Positions 7,648 through 15,951 are shown, numbered from the stretch's first letter. The stretch: DNA of 45,727 nt from an uncultured Gammaproteobacteria bacterium (GCA_964470205.1 CAYYBA010000001.1:1-45727), one strand, 5' to 3'. Notes: a model not told the origin generated them from the letters alone. Numbers and translations are program-made.

Positions 7648-8559
7648 ATGGAAAATGAAATAACACTCACCAAAGAGCAGCTCATAAATCTTGTAAAGAT
7701 TGCGGATATTGAGGTAAACCCGGATTTTGTAACCTCTAATGATATATCGCGTGCGCTTATTGCAATTGAGAAAAAATTAAATTTCTTTAATTATCCTCTC
7801 AGTTTTTTCACGGCGGAAAGTTTAAATGTTCTTATTATTGATGATATGGAACTGTCTATTTATCAATTAACATCAATGCTTAAAAAAATCGGTATGAATG
7901 TTTTTGTTTCCCGTACAAAAGAAGAAGCCATAGCCGAGATTAAGAAAAAGCATTTTGATTATATTATTGTAGATTTATTTTTGCCTGATGCCAAAGACGG
8001 TTTTGAAGTTATAGAATTTGCAAACCACTTTAAGCAGGAAAACGGCAGAGAATATAAGGTTTTGGCAATATCAGGCACGGATGATAAAACCATTATTCAA
8101 GACGCTTATAAATACGGCGTTGATGAATTTGTACCCAAGCAGCCAAACTGGCATGAAAAAATTATGAAATTTATAGCGCTTTCAACAAGCAAAGTAAACA
8201 GCGAAGAATTTAACAAGTATTTTATTAACGAAGATATTTGCGTATTCACTATTCATAAAATCAATAACCAAAAATACATTGATTCAATTTATAAAGAAGT
8301 AAACGCAGTGCTTTTATCCGGCAAAAAAAATATAATATTTAATATGGAATATGTTAAAATATTTTCGGATAATTATGCCGGAATTTTTGCGGAGATTTAT
8401 AAAATTGCCCTTGCGAAAGAAGGTCAGTTCGTTATAGTAAAACCGTCTGCCGATGTTCGAAAAGCACTTGATTTTGTGTTTTTAACAGGTATTATTCCGG
8501 TTTATGAAACTCTGGAAGATGCTGTAGGTTTTATTGAAATGCACAATTTTGTGGATTAA
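7648..8559 (+). CDS. response-regulator receiver domain protein with C-terminal STAS-like (anti-sigma antagonist-like) domain
   Basis: REC: VLIIDDMELS...IIVDLFLPDAKDGFEV...VLAISG...FVPK. C-terminal IIFNMEYVKIFSDNYAGIF...FVIVKPSADVRKALDFVFLTGIIPVYETLEDAV resembles SpoIIAA/STAS. ATG 7630 is an alternative start. Confidence 0.6.
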   Translation: MENEITLTKEQLINLVKIADIEVNPDFVTSNDISRALIAIEKKLNFFNYPLSFFTAESLNVLIIDDMELSIYQLTSMLKKIGMNVFVSRTKEEAIAEIKKKHFDYIIVDLFLPDAKDGFEVIEFANHFKQENGREYKVLAISGTDDKTIIQDAYKYGVDEFVPKQPNWHEKIMKFIALSTSKVNSEEFNKYFINEDICVFTIHKINNQKYIDSIYKEVNAVLLSGKKNIIFNMEYVKIFSDNYAGIFAEIYKIALAKEGQFVIVKPSADVRKALDFVFLTGIIPVYETLEDAVGFIEMHNFVD

Positions 8560-8561
8560 AT

Positions 8562-8713
8562 GCGGCAGCCGTGTGTGAAGTCCGAAGGGCTTGCGGTAAG
8601 CAAGACCGCAGGACGTAACCAATCGATGGCGACGTTGGGAGTGGAGTGGAACGAAACGACCGAACAAATTTGTTAAGCAAATTTGACAGGAGCTGCGCAA
8701 GCCGTGTGTGAAG
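8562..8713 (+). other. GC-rich structured intergenic element bounded by a 14-nt direct repeat
   Basis: AGCCGTGTGTGAAG occurs at 8567-8580 and 8700-8713. Hairpins 8592-8597/8605-8610 and 8665-8672/8678-8685. Closing pairing 8562-8569 with 8692-8698. Starts GCGGCAGCCG 2 nt after the stop codon. Confidence 0.45.
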
Positions 8714-8727
8714 GCGATATTATTGCA

Positions 8728-9372
8728 TTACCACGGGTAATCGTCTTTAATCTCCCAACCTTCTCTTAAAATTTTATCCGTGCAACATGACTTAGAATCA
8801 CTTTTGCAGGCTGCATCTACCTGGCTTTTAGTCTTTGTATGGCAATAAGGCAAAACCCCTTTATTGTCATAGAGAAATTCAAAGACATCTCTTCCTGCTA
8901 TGTTTGGTCCTTTTGCACCGTTTATATCAGCCAAAATATATGAAACCTTGTTTTCTATACCCCCAAAAGCCGTACGAATTAAAATGAAAGAGCCGTCCGT
9001 TAAAAGAAATTGCACACCCATAATTGATTCCATGCCTGCAATTACCGTTTGCTGCCATGGGGTTGGGGTTTTATATCCGCAGTAGTTTGGTGTCGAACAC
9101 ATCTGTTGAACCTTTAAATAAGGCTTCCAATAAGTTTCAAAAAATTTTTGAGGAGTGTTTAAAAGTTCGCTATCCCATGTAGAATAAGCACCATTTTCAG
9201 CTTCAGACATGTTTAATGCCTGATTCAAGATAGAATAATTTTTCTTTAATTTTACTACTGTTTGCTGTTTTTGATAATTGCGCACAACGGTTGGAATTGT
9301 AAGCGCTGCAACAACCCCTATTATTGCAAGGGTAATTAAAACTTCCGCCAAGGTAAAACCTGCCTTTTTCAT
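8728..9372 (-). CDS. prepilin-type pilin-like protein, class ii (...GWEIKDDYPW end)
   Basis: MKKAG|FTLAEVLITLAIIGVVAALTIPTV. DINGAKGPNIAGRDVFEF motif. Confidence 0.85.
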   Translation of the reverse strand: MKKAGFTLAEVLITLAIIGVVAALTIPTVVRNYQKQQTVVKLKKNYSILNQALNMSEAENGAYSTWDSELLNTPQKFFETYWKPYLKVQQMCSTPNYCGYKTPTPWQQTVIAGMESIMGVQFLLTDGSFILIRTAFGGIENKVSYILADINGAKGPNIAGRDVFEFLYDNKGVLPYCHTKTKSQVDAACKSDSKSCCTDKILREGWEIKDDYPW

Positions 9373-9398
9373 GGTGCGCTCCTTAACTATTTGATTTT

Positions 9399-9422
9399 TA
9401 TATTAATTATTTAATTAATATA
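9399..9422. promoter_or_regulatory. perfect 11-bp inverted repeat (candidate operator) between divergent pilin-like and HTH genes
   Basis: TATATTAATTA-TT-TAATTAATATA read directly. AT-rich context makes chance palindromes more likely. Confidence 0.3.
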
Positions 9423-9478
9423 CGAATTATAATATACAATACCAAGCACCTTTTTGTCAAATAAAATATAATTGCCTT

Positions 9479-9703
9479 ATGGAAATAAATATAAGAGCAA
9501 AAATCAAATACCTGCTTTCATTAAAGGGTTTGACAATTACAAAACTTGCCGAGCTTATGAGCGAGAAAACAGGCGAAAAATATACCTTTCAGCGCCTTTC
9601 GCACAAATTAAGACTTAACAAATTGACACTTAAAGAAGCTTATATTATAGCAGATCTAATAGGATATGATTTAGAATTTGTCGAAAAGGAACAAAAGCCT
9701 TAA
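9479..9703 (+). CDS. small HTH DNA-binding protein (XRE-like)
   Basis: 74 aa. LTITKLAELMSEKTGEKYTFQRLSHKL HTH-like segment. Divergent from pilin-like 8728-9372. Confidence 0.6.
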   Translation: MEINIRAKIKYLLSLKGLTITKLAELMSEKTGEKYTFQRLSHKLRLNKLTLKEAYIIADLIGYDLEFVEKEQKP

Positions 9704-9763
9704 CAAAAATATTTTTTCACGCGTTTATTATATTTACATGAAAAAATTTAAGCTGGGTGAAAT

Positions 9764-11299
9764 ATGAGAGTAACTTTAAATTCGTTTAAAACTCCTCATT
9801 TTTCGGGAAATTTTTATGTTACTACAGATGTGCATGGAAGGCTTTTGCACCATGCCGGAGTTTTGAGTGAAATTGAAAACAGAGAAAAAGATTCAAACAA
9901 AAAATCAACCTTCATTGACGGCGGTGATTATCTTTTCAAATTTTTCAGCATGAAAGCGGCACAAGATGTTTATTCCCTCTTTGCAAGAAGCAACCCCAAC
10001 ATAAGAACGATTTTAAGCCTTGGAAATGTGGAGTTAGAAAGCTTTCCTAACAACCCGAATCTATTTAACGCTTTATTTGAACAGCTAAAAAATAACAATG
10101 TTGAAGTAATAAGCACCGCGAAAAAAGACGGTATGGCTAACATTAAACCTTACACGGTAGTTGAAGATGAACTTGAAGGGGGCGAAAAGCAAAGGGTTTT
10201 AATAATCGGAACAACAACAGGTGCAGGTGTGGATGATAATTTACAAATTGAAAATTTAAGAAGTATTTTAAAAAGGGCTATTCAAGAAGAAGCGCCTGAT
10301 AAAATTATTTTAATATCCCACAACAGCCCCCCTGTTACTAAAAAAATTGTTAATATGCTAAGAGAAGAAGACGGTATAGAAAATCTTGAACTTGCAATAG
10401 GCGCACATTCACATTCTCTTGAAGATGATACTTCATCAGACACCAAAGTGCGAATTCTAACTCCGCCATCACAGGGGAAAGGCGCTTATGTTATTGAAAA
10501 TACGAGAGGCGGTTTTGTGTGCCCTAAGCCTGAAATTGGGCCTGACAAGTGGAATTACGATTCTTTGAAAGGCAGCGGCAGAATAATTCTAAACACTCAA
10601 AAGCCGTCTTTGCCCGTGGATAGGAAATATTCGGATATTTTGGGCAGTGATAGCGAAAATTTGCTTGAACCGATTGCGCTTAGCGTTTGCAATTTAAGTT
10701 ATCGCAGAATGGATGTATCGGCAAATGAACCTTGCGCAATAGGGACATTAATTACAAATGCAATGCGTGATAAAGCAGGTGCGGATTTTGCAATGCTGCT
10801 TACAATGGATTTGAGAAGCAAATTGCCTCCTGTTGGCGATACTATTACTTTATACGATGTAAGAGAAACCCTAAACGTAAATAAAAAAATATTTAACGTT
10901 GAATTAAGCGCTTCAGATTTGTATAAAATCTTTAACAGCGTTCTTAAAGATCAAAAAGACCCTACAAATAACCTTTTTATGGAATACAGCGATAATTTGA
11001 AAATTGAAAGATATGTTGATGATAGAGAAAATAAAGTAAAAACAATATATATGCTTAATAGAAATAACGAATGGGAAGAAATTAAGCCTGATAGCACAAG
11101 GAAATTTACCCTTGCAACCTGTGCTTTTATTGCAAACGGAAATATAAGCAGCAGAAGACGCGGGCTTGAAATGTTTGCAGAGTTAGCCAATACGCCTACA
11201 CCTTTTTATACGGAAGATGTTTTTATCGAAGCGCTTAAAAATCTCGAAAAATATCCTGTTGAAATTAAAAAATCGCAAATAATTGACATTGATAATTAA
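9764..11299 (+). CDS. metallophosphatase / 5'-nucleotidase family protein (UshA-like, degenerate active site)
   Basis: TTDVHGRL, IDGGDY, GNVE (in place of GNHE) and GAHSHS motifs. C-terminal 5'-nucleotidase-like domain (ADFAMLLTMDLRSKLPPVGDTITLYDV). No signal peptide seen. Confidence 0.7.
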   Translation: MRVTLNSFKTPHFSGNFYVTTDVHGRLLHHAGVLSEIENREKDSNKKSTFIDGGDYLFKFFSMKAAQDVYSLFARSNPNIRTILSLGNVELESFPNNPNLFNALFEQLKNNNVEVISTAKKDGMANIKPYTVVEDELEGGEKQRVLIIGTTTGAGVDDNLQIENLRSILKRAIQEEAPDKIILISHNSPPVTKKIVNMLREEDGIENLELAIGAHSHSLEDDTSSDTKVRILTPPSQGKGAYVIENTRGGFVCPKPEIGPDKWNYDSLKGSGRIILNTQKPSLPVDRKYSDILGSDSENLLEPIALSVCNLSYRRMDVSANEPCAIGTLITNAMRDKAGADFAMLLTMDLRSKLPPVGDTITLYDVRETLNVNKKIFNVELSASDLYKIFNSVLKDQKDPTNNLFMEYSDNLKIERYVDDRENKVKTIYMLNRNNEWEEIKPDSTRKFTLATCAFIANGNISSRRRGLEMFAELANTPTPFYTEDVFIEALKNLEKYPVEIKKSQIIDIDN

Positions 11300-11358
11300 A
11301 TGCGGTTTTGAGCCCTGTTTTTTTATTGTAACATTTCTTAATTTTCCCCTATTTTAGG

Positions 11359-11380
11359 CAATTTTTGCGGGCAAAAATTG
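11359..11380 (+). terminator. possible intrinsic terminator after the 5'-nucleotidase-like gene
   Basis: CAATTTTTG-CGGG-CAAAAATTG hairpin followed by TTTATTTTAT. The stem is AT-rich. Confidence 0.35.
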
Positions 11381-11407
11381 TTTATTTTATATGTGGAAGG
11401 TTAAATT

Positions 11408-12061
11408 ATGGGTGTAGTTTCATCGGCAGTCTTCGGGCTCCGAAACAGCGGAAAAACTTTAAACGGCGACATAGGGCGCGCCCCTGTTGCTTTGGCGCAG
11501 TTTGCAAGCTCTACTGCAGAAACTGCTTCCATGCACTTGGGGCGTATATCCGAGGGCGCTGAGAGCATTATGAATAGAGTTGATAATATAGGTAAGGTCA
11601 TCGGTGTTTCAAACGCCGCAACAAAAGTGGCTTCTGTGGCATCCAAAGCAGTTAACCCTCTTTTGTGCGCAGCTGCGGGGTATAGAGTTTTTAAAGACAA
11701 GGATAAAGAAAGCGCTTTGATTGAAGAAGTTTGTTCACTTGGGGCAATGTTTGGGGCAGAAGCTGTATATAAAAGGTTCAGAAACACTGTTGCACAAAGT
11801 ATGGGGCAACATTTGAAGGCAAATCAAAAAACCATTGCAAACACAGGTATTAAAAAAGTTTTAGAAAATATCGGCAAAAACTGTAAAAATCTTTCTTCAG
11901 GCAAACAAAAAGTGCTTTTTGTTGCAGCAGAACTCGGGCTTGTCGGAGCTTCAATTTTAGCATACTCTGCGGGCAGAAAAATTGGCAGTCTTTTAACGGG
12001 CAGGGATGGTAAGACAAATAATTCCGTACAAAAAACTCATAATCCTTTTAAAAATAACTAG
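11408..12061 (+). CDS. hypothetical protein with C-terminal hydrophobic helix
   Basis: 217-aa ORF with GGAAGG RBS upstream. VLFVAAELGLVGASILAY hydrophobic segment. No family recognised. Confidence 0.5.
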   Translation: MGVVSSAVFGLRNSGKTLNGDIGRAPVALAQFASSTAETASMHLGRISEGAESIMNRVDNIGKVIGVSNAATKVASVASKAVNPLLCAAAGYRVFKDKDKESALIEEVCSLGAMFGAEAVYKRFRNTVAQSMGQHLKANQKTIANTGIKKVLENIGKNCKNLSSGKQKVLFVAAELGLVGASILAYSAGRKIGSLLTGRDGKTNNSVQKTHNPFKNN

Positions 12062-12774
12062 CACCCTACGCTTAAACCGGCGCACAAGTTAATTGCCTGC
12101 CCTGTGAGGCCTTTTGCTTCATCGGATATTAAATATTTAACTAAATTCGCAATTTCATAAGGTTCAATAAAGCGTTTCTGCGGAATTATATCTAAATTCT
12201 CTTCTTCACTTATCCCCTCTTGCATAGCTTTATCAGCAAGTGCGGTTTTAACCCAACCCGGGTTTATTAAATTTACGGTTATATTATCCCGGGCAACTTC
12301 AAGCGCTAAAGATTTTGTAAGTCCTAAAAGAGCTGATTTTGTAGCACTGTATAAAGTTGCGTTTCCTTCCCCCATATTACCTGAAATTGAACCTATATTT
12401 ATAATTCTGCCCCATTTATTTTTTTTCATATCTTCAAGAACCAGGGCTGATAGATAATAAGGTGCTAAAAAATTTAATTTTGTTATGTTTTCAATGTCTT
12501 TTAAAGATGTTTTTTCAATAGGAGAATAAATATAACAACCTGCGTTATTAATTAAAATATCAATTTTGCCCAAATACTTTTTTGCACTTTTAAAAAGCTC
12601 CGCGCAAGCCTCATATGTTGATAGATTAACGCTTAAATAGTTTTCTTTATTTAATTTGCGCCTTGCACATCCGAATATTTTATAACCTTGTTTTGCAAGA
12701 TTTTCCTCTATTGCAAACCCTATACCTGATGTTGTTCCTGTAACCAGTACTGTTTTAAAATTGTTTTCACTCAT
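12058..12774 (-). CDS. SDR family oxidoreductase (FabG-like)
   Basis: VLVTGTTSGIGFAI cofactor motif, NNAG, YSATKSAL catalytic motif. Confidence 0.85.
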   Translation of the reverse strand: MSENNFKTVLVTGTTSGIGFAIEENLAKQGYKIFGCARRKLNKENYLSVNLSTYEACAELFKSAKKYLGKIDILINNAGCYIYSPIEKTSLKDIENITKLNFLAPYYLSALVLEDMKKNKWGRIINIGSISGNMGEGNATLYSATKSALLGLTKSLALEVARDNITVNLINPGWVKTALADKAMQEGISEEENLDIIPQKRFIEPYEIANLVKYLISDEAKGLTGQAINLCAGLSVGC

Positions 12775-13132
12775 ATTCTTCTATTTTGTTTAATCTTTCA
12801 TGAGGCATAGTAAGCTCAATACCTGTATGATTTAATATTATATCAGATATAGAATAAATCAATTCTTCTCTCTGTGCTTTTGTTAAACTCTGCATAGCTT
12901 CAATTGCGCAATGTAATTCGGGATTTTGGTCATACCACCTTTTGTAATCTTTCGGGTTATGCTCTGACATTATATTAATAAATTTGTCATAATCTCTCTC
13001 AACGATTTTCGGTATGTTTAATATCATATCCTGGCCTACTTCCTCCTGAACATCAGGAGGCAAGGTCTGTAAAAGCACCATAAATGTGCTTAAGTATTTG
13101 TCTTTATCATACCATCTTATGTACTCTTTCAT
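12767..13132 (-). CDS. small protein with two RWYD repeats (uncharacterised family), paralog of 39064-39399
   Basis: IRWYDKDKYL... and KRWYDQNPEL... repeats about 60 aa apart. Overlaps the downstream SDR gene by 8 nt. Confidence 0.6.
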   Translation of the reverse strand: MKEYIRWYDKDKYLSTFMVLLQTLPPDVQEEVGQDMILNIPKIVERDYDKFINIMSEHNPKDYKRWYDQNPELHCAIEAMQSLTKAQREELIYSISDIILNHTGIELTMPHERLNKIEEYE

Positions 13133-13163
13133 TAAATTTGCTAGTACTCCAAGCTAAATAAAA

Positions 13164-14300
13164 TTAGCCTATTATTGAATCTATTTCTTTTTGTAAATAG
13201 CTGTATTCTTTATAGTATTTATCGGGATTTTCTTTTGCGGCCTTCATTGTGGCTTCCAATGCAACAAATCTTTGTGCTAATTCCGGGTCGAATTGGCCGC
13301 CTGCGCATCTTTGGATTTCTTCAATAGCTGTTTGATGGCTTAGGGCGACTCTGTAAGAACGGGTTGATGTCATTGCGTCATATGTATCGGCAAGGGCAAT
13401 AATCCTTGCCGATAACGGAATTTCTTCGCCTTTAAGCCCGTTAGGGTAGCCGCGTCCGTCCCATCTTTCATGGTGCGTTCTAAGCCAGCTTGAAATTCCG
13501 TTTAACTTTTTAATGCTCATTACTAATCGTTCGGAGTTTTCGGGGTGGAGTTTCATAATTTTAAATTCGTCATCGGTTAATTTGCCGGGTTTGCAAAGTA
13601 TACTTTGCGGTATGGCAATTTTGCCTATATCATGCAAAAGCCCTGCCGTTTCAATGTCTTCAAGCTCTCTTGGGCCTAGGCCCAATTCTTTGCCTAAAAT
13701 AAGTGAATATAATGTTACACGAACAGAATGCCCGTGCGTGTATGTATCTTTTGAGTCCAGGGCTGACGCTATTGATTTTATGGTTCTATAAAATAATTCT
13801 TTTAAATCTTTTAACATCAAAGACTTTGAATTCGATAAATCAAATTTTTCAAGTCCGTCTTCTACAGCTCTCTCAACTTCTTGGGGTTCGTAAGGTTTTA
13901 CGATATATTGGAAAAGGTTGCACTTGTTAACGGCATCGGTTAAAATTTCTACATCCGTATAACCTGTTAAAAGGATTTTTACAATACCGGGTGCAATTTT
14001 ATTGGCATGTTCTAAAAATTGTGTACCTTCCATGATAGGCATTTTATGATCTGAAATAATGAGAGCAACTTGATCCAGGTTTTCTTCTAAAACTTTTAAG
14101 CCTTCTTCCCCGTTTTTGGCAGTCAATATATTATATTTCCCTCTGAAAGTTCTTTTTAAAAGCTGCAGGTTATGGTCTTCGTCATCAACAATTAAAATAG
14201 TGTGTGACAGATTTCCTGTCTGGGTATTTAGAATACTATCCAAACCTGTTGAAAACAAAGTTTTTTCAAAGTTTAACAAATTACTACCCTCACTTTTCAT
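13164..14300 (-). CDS. response regulator with HD-GYP domain (c-di-GMP phosphodiesterase type)
   Basis: REC (ILIVDDEDHNLQLL...ISDHKMP...) plus HD-GYP (HGHSVRV, LLHDIGK, HHERWDGRGYPNG). Start uncertain: ATG 14300 or TTG 14336. Confidence 0.85.
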   Translation of the reverse strand: MKSEGSNLLNFEKTLFSTGLDSILNTQTGNLSHTILIVDDEDHNLQLLKRTFRGKYNILTAKNGEEGLKVLEENLDQVALIISDHKMPIMEGTQFLEHANKIAPGIVKILLTGYTDVEILTDAVNKCNLFQYIVKPYEPQEVERAVEDGLEKFDLSNSKSLMLKDLKELFYRTIKSIASALDSKDTYTHGHSVRVTLYSLILGKELGLGPRELEDIETAGLLHDIGKIAIPQSILCKPGKLTDDEFKIMKLHPENSERLVMSIKKLNGISSWLRTHHERWDGRGYPNGLKGEEIPLSARIIALADTYDAMTSTRSYRVALSHQTAIEEIQRCAGGQFDPELAQRFVALEATMKAAKENPDKYYKEYSYLQKEIDSIIG

Positions 14301-14357
14301 TCTTAATAACGTCAAATTAAGTTGAAACTTTAACAATTTTTACAAAACTTAATATTT

Positions 14358-14387
14358 ATTGTAGCCCATGTAGGTAGGTTATGTCAA
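14358..14387 (-). promoter_or_regulatory. sigma70-type promoter upstream of the HD-GYP regulator operon
   Basis: On the minus strand: TTGACA (14387-14382), 18-nt spacer, TACAAT (14363-14358). Confidence 0.5.
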
Positions 14388-14478
14388 GAAATAAAAAACA
14401 TCTAAATAGTTTGTAGTATTGCAGTTTAGAGCTGCCCAACCGCAGGGTTTTCAGTTGTTATTTATTTTTTTGAAAATG

Positions 14479-15549
14479 CTAAAATCTGAAGTCTCTTTTT
14501 CCGCATGCAATTTGGTCTAAATTTTGTTTTAAAATTTCTTTTGTCTTTTGGCTAGAAACATGTTCAATTTCTTTTAAAATAATTTCTTCGCCCAATTTTT
14601 TAGTGGCATCTGATGCGTAATCTTGAAGGTATTCTTTTAAAGTTAAAAGCGCATTAGGGTGGCAGCAGTTTAAAATTTGGCGGCTTTTGCATAAATCCAT
14701 AAACCTATCCCCCACACGCCCTTCACGATAACATGCCGTGCAAAAACTCGGTATATGGCCCATTTCCATAAGCCATCTTATAACTTCATCCAATGTTCTT
14801 GTATCTATAACATCAAACTGGGCAGAATTTTCTTCTTCTTTTTCAGGCTCAACATATCCGCCCACACTTGTTTTAGACCCTCCGCTTATCTGTGAAATTC
14901 CAAGCTCTAAAACTTTTTCGCGTGTTTTTTGGTTTTCCCTTGTAGATACAATCATACCCGTATATGGCAGTGCAATTCTAATGCAGGCAACAATTTTTGC
15001 AAATGTTTTATCATCAATTGAATTGGAAAATGTTGCGGGGTCAATATCATCTGCAGGGCGTATTCTTGGTACACTTACAGTATGCGGCCCTATACCGTAC
15101 ACTGCTTCCAGATGCTCGGCATGCATTAAAAGTGCCGCAAATTCGTATTTGTACATTTCAAGTCCGAATAAAACACCAATGCCTACATCGTCAATGCCGC
15201 CTTGCATGGCTCTGTCCATTGCTTCAGTGTGGTAATTATAGTTGTGTTTCGGGCCTGTGGGATGTAATTTTTCATAACTTTCCTTATGGTAAGTTTCTTG
15301 AAAAAGTATATAGGTGCCAATTCCCGCATCATGCAATTTTTTATAATTTTCAACCGTTGTAGCTGCGATATTTACATTGACACGTCTTATAGCGCCGTTT
15401 TTGTGTTTGGTGTCATAAATTGTTTTAATACTTTCTAAAATATACTCTAAAGGGTTATGGTAAGGGTCTTCACCCGCTTCAATAGCGAGTCTTTTGTGCC
15501 CCATATCCTGAAGCGCTATAACTTCACGCATTATTTCTTCCTGTGTCAT
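14479..15549 (-). CDS. hydG: [FeFe]-hydrogenase maturase HydG, C-terminal 356-aa portion (split gene)
   Basis: Radical-SAM barrel continuation. C-terminal CTAC-X22-C cluster motif (CTACYREGRVGDRFMDLCKSRQILNCC) distinguishes HydG from ThiH. Confidence 0.8.
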   Translation of the reverse strand: MTQEEIMREVIALQDMGHKRLAIEAGEDPYHNPLEYILESIKTIYDTKHKNGAIRRVNVNIAATTVENYKKLHDAGIGTYILFQETYHKESYEKLHPTGPKHNYNYHTEAMDRAMQGGIDDVGIGVLFGLEMYKYEFAALLMHAEHLEAVYGIGPHTVSVPRIRPADDIDPATFSNSIDDKTFAKIVACIRIALPYTGMIVSTRENQKTREKVLELGISQISGGSKTSVGGYVEPEKEEENSAQFDVIDTRTLDEVIRWLMEMGHIPSFCTACYREGRVGDRFMDLCKSRQILNCCHPNALLTLKEYLQDYASDATKKLGEEIILKEIEHVSSQKTKEILKQNLDQIACGKRDFRF

Positions 15550-15896
15550 TTTTTTCTTGCAATATGTTTATTTTTTTCATGGTACGGGCAGTAAACGCAG
15601 CCATTTACACAGTAATTTGAAAGATATAAAGGCGCAAAAAGCACAATTCTGTTTCCATAGAAATCTTGTTTTATTTGTTTTGCAAGGGCGTAGATTTCTT
15701 TATTTTTTTCTTCATCTTCGCATACCAATAAAACAGAGGCTTCCCTGTGAGACAAACCTTTTTTTAGCTTTGCCTTTTGAAGAATTTCTTCTATTAATCC
15801 CATATTATTTTTGTTTTTTTGGGCGTATTCGATTGTTGTTAAAACTTCATTATGGTCTATAAAATCTTGCGCCTTATGCGATTTTGCGTTGTACAT
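15546..15896 (-). CDS. hydG: HydG N-terminal portion carrying the radical-SAM CX3CX2C motif (split gene)
   Basis: CVNGCVYC motif. Start ATG 15896 with GGAGG RBS. Ends ...ARKK-TGA, overlapping the ATG of the next fragment (ATGA). Confidence 0.8.
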   Translation of the reverse strand: MYNAKSHKAQDFIDHNEVLTTIEYAQKNKNNMGLIEEILQKAKLKKGLSHREASVLLVCEDEEKNKEIYALAKQIKQDFYGNRIVLFAPLYLSNYCVNGCVYCPYHEKNKHIARKK

Positions 15897-15951
15897 TTTT
15901 GTGCCTCCAGATATATAATAGCACAATGAAAAATCTTCGGTGCCCTTAATT

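Noticed and set aside
7631-7648. Extended -10 (TGTGTATAAT) placed so that the REC-STAS mRNA would be leaderless at ATG 7648
   Set aside because: The position is suggestive, but no -35 element is seen and an upstream ATG at 7630 is in frame. It cannot be decided without 5'-end mapping.
8567-8713. Two identical 14-nt repeats considered as a mini CRISPR array, a MITE with target duplication, or an integron attC site
   Set aside because: There are only two short repeats, with no cas genes and no repeat-spacer periodicity. The interior ends have no terminal inverted repeats. A GTTAAGC core-like site is present but no matching inverse core, and there is no integrase. It is kept only as an unexplained structured element.
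14738-15235. Long antisense ORFs inside hydG, with similar cases inside lpxD (35650-36097), gpmI (3355-3992), the 488-aa membrane protein (43360-44220) and the plsC genes
   Set aside because: All lie opposite strongly supported genes, lack RBS or start context, and have low-complexity or odd composition. They are typical shadow ORFs.
14479-15926. Alternative identity of the split radical-SAM gene as thiH
   Set aside because: The C-terminal CX2CX22C motif (CTAC...C) is characteristic of HydG and absent from ThiH. No thiamine genes are adjacent.
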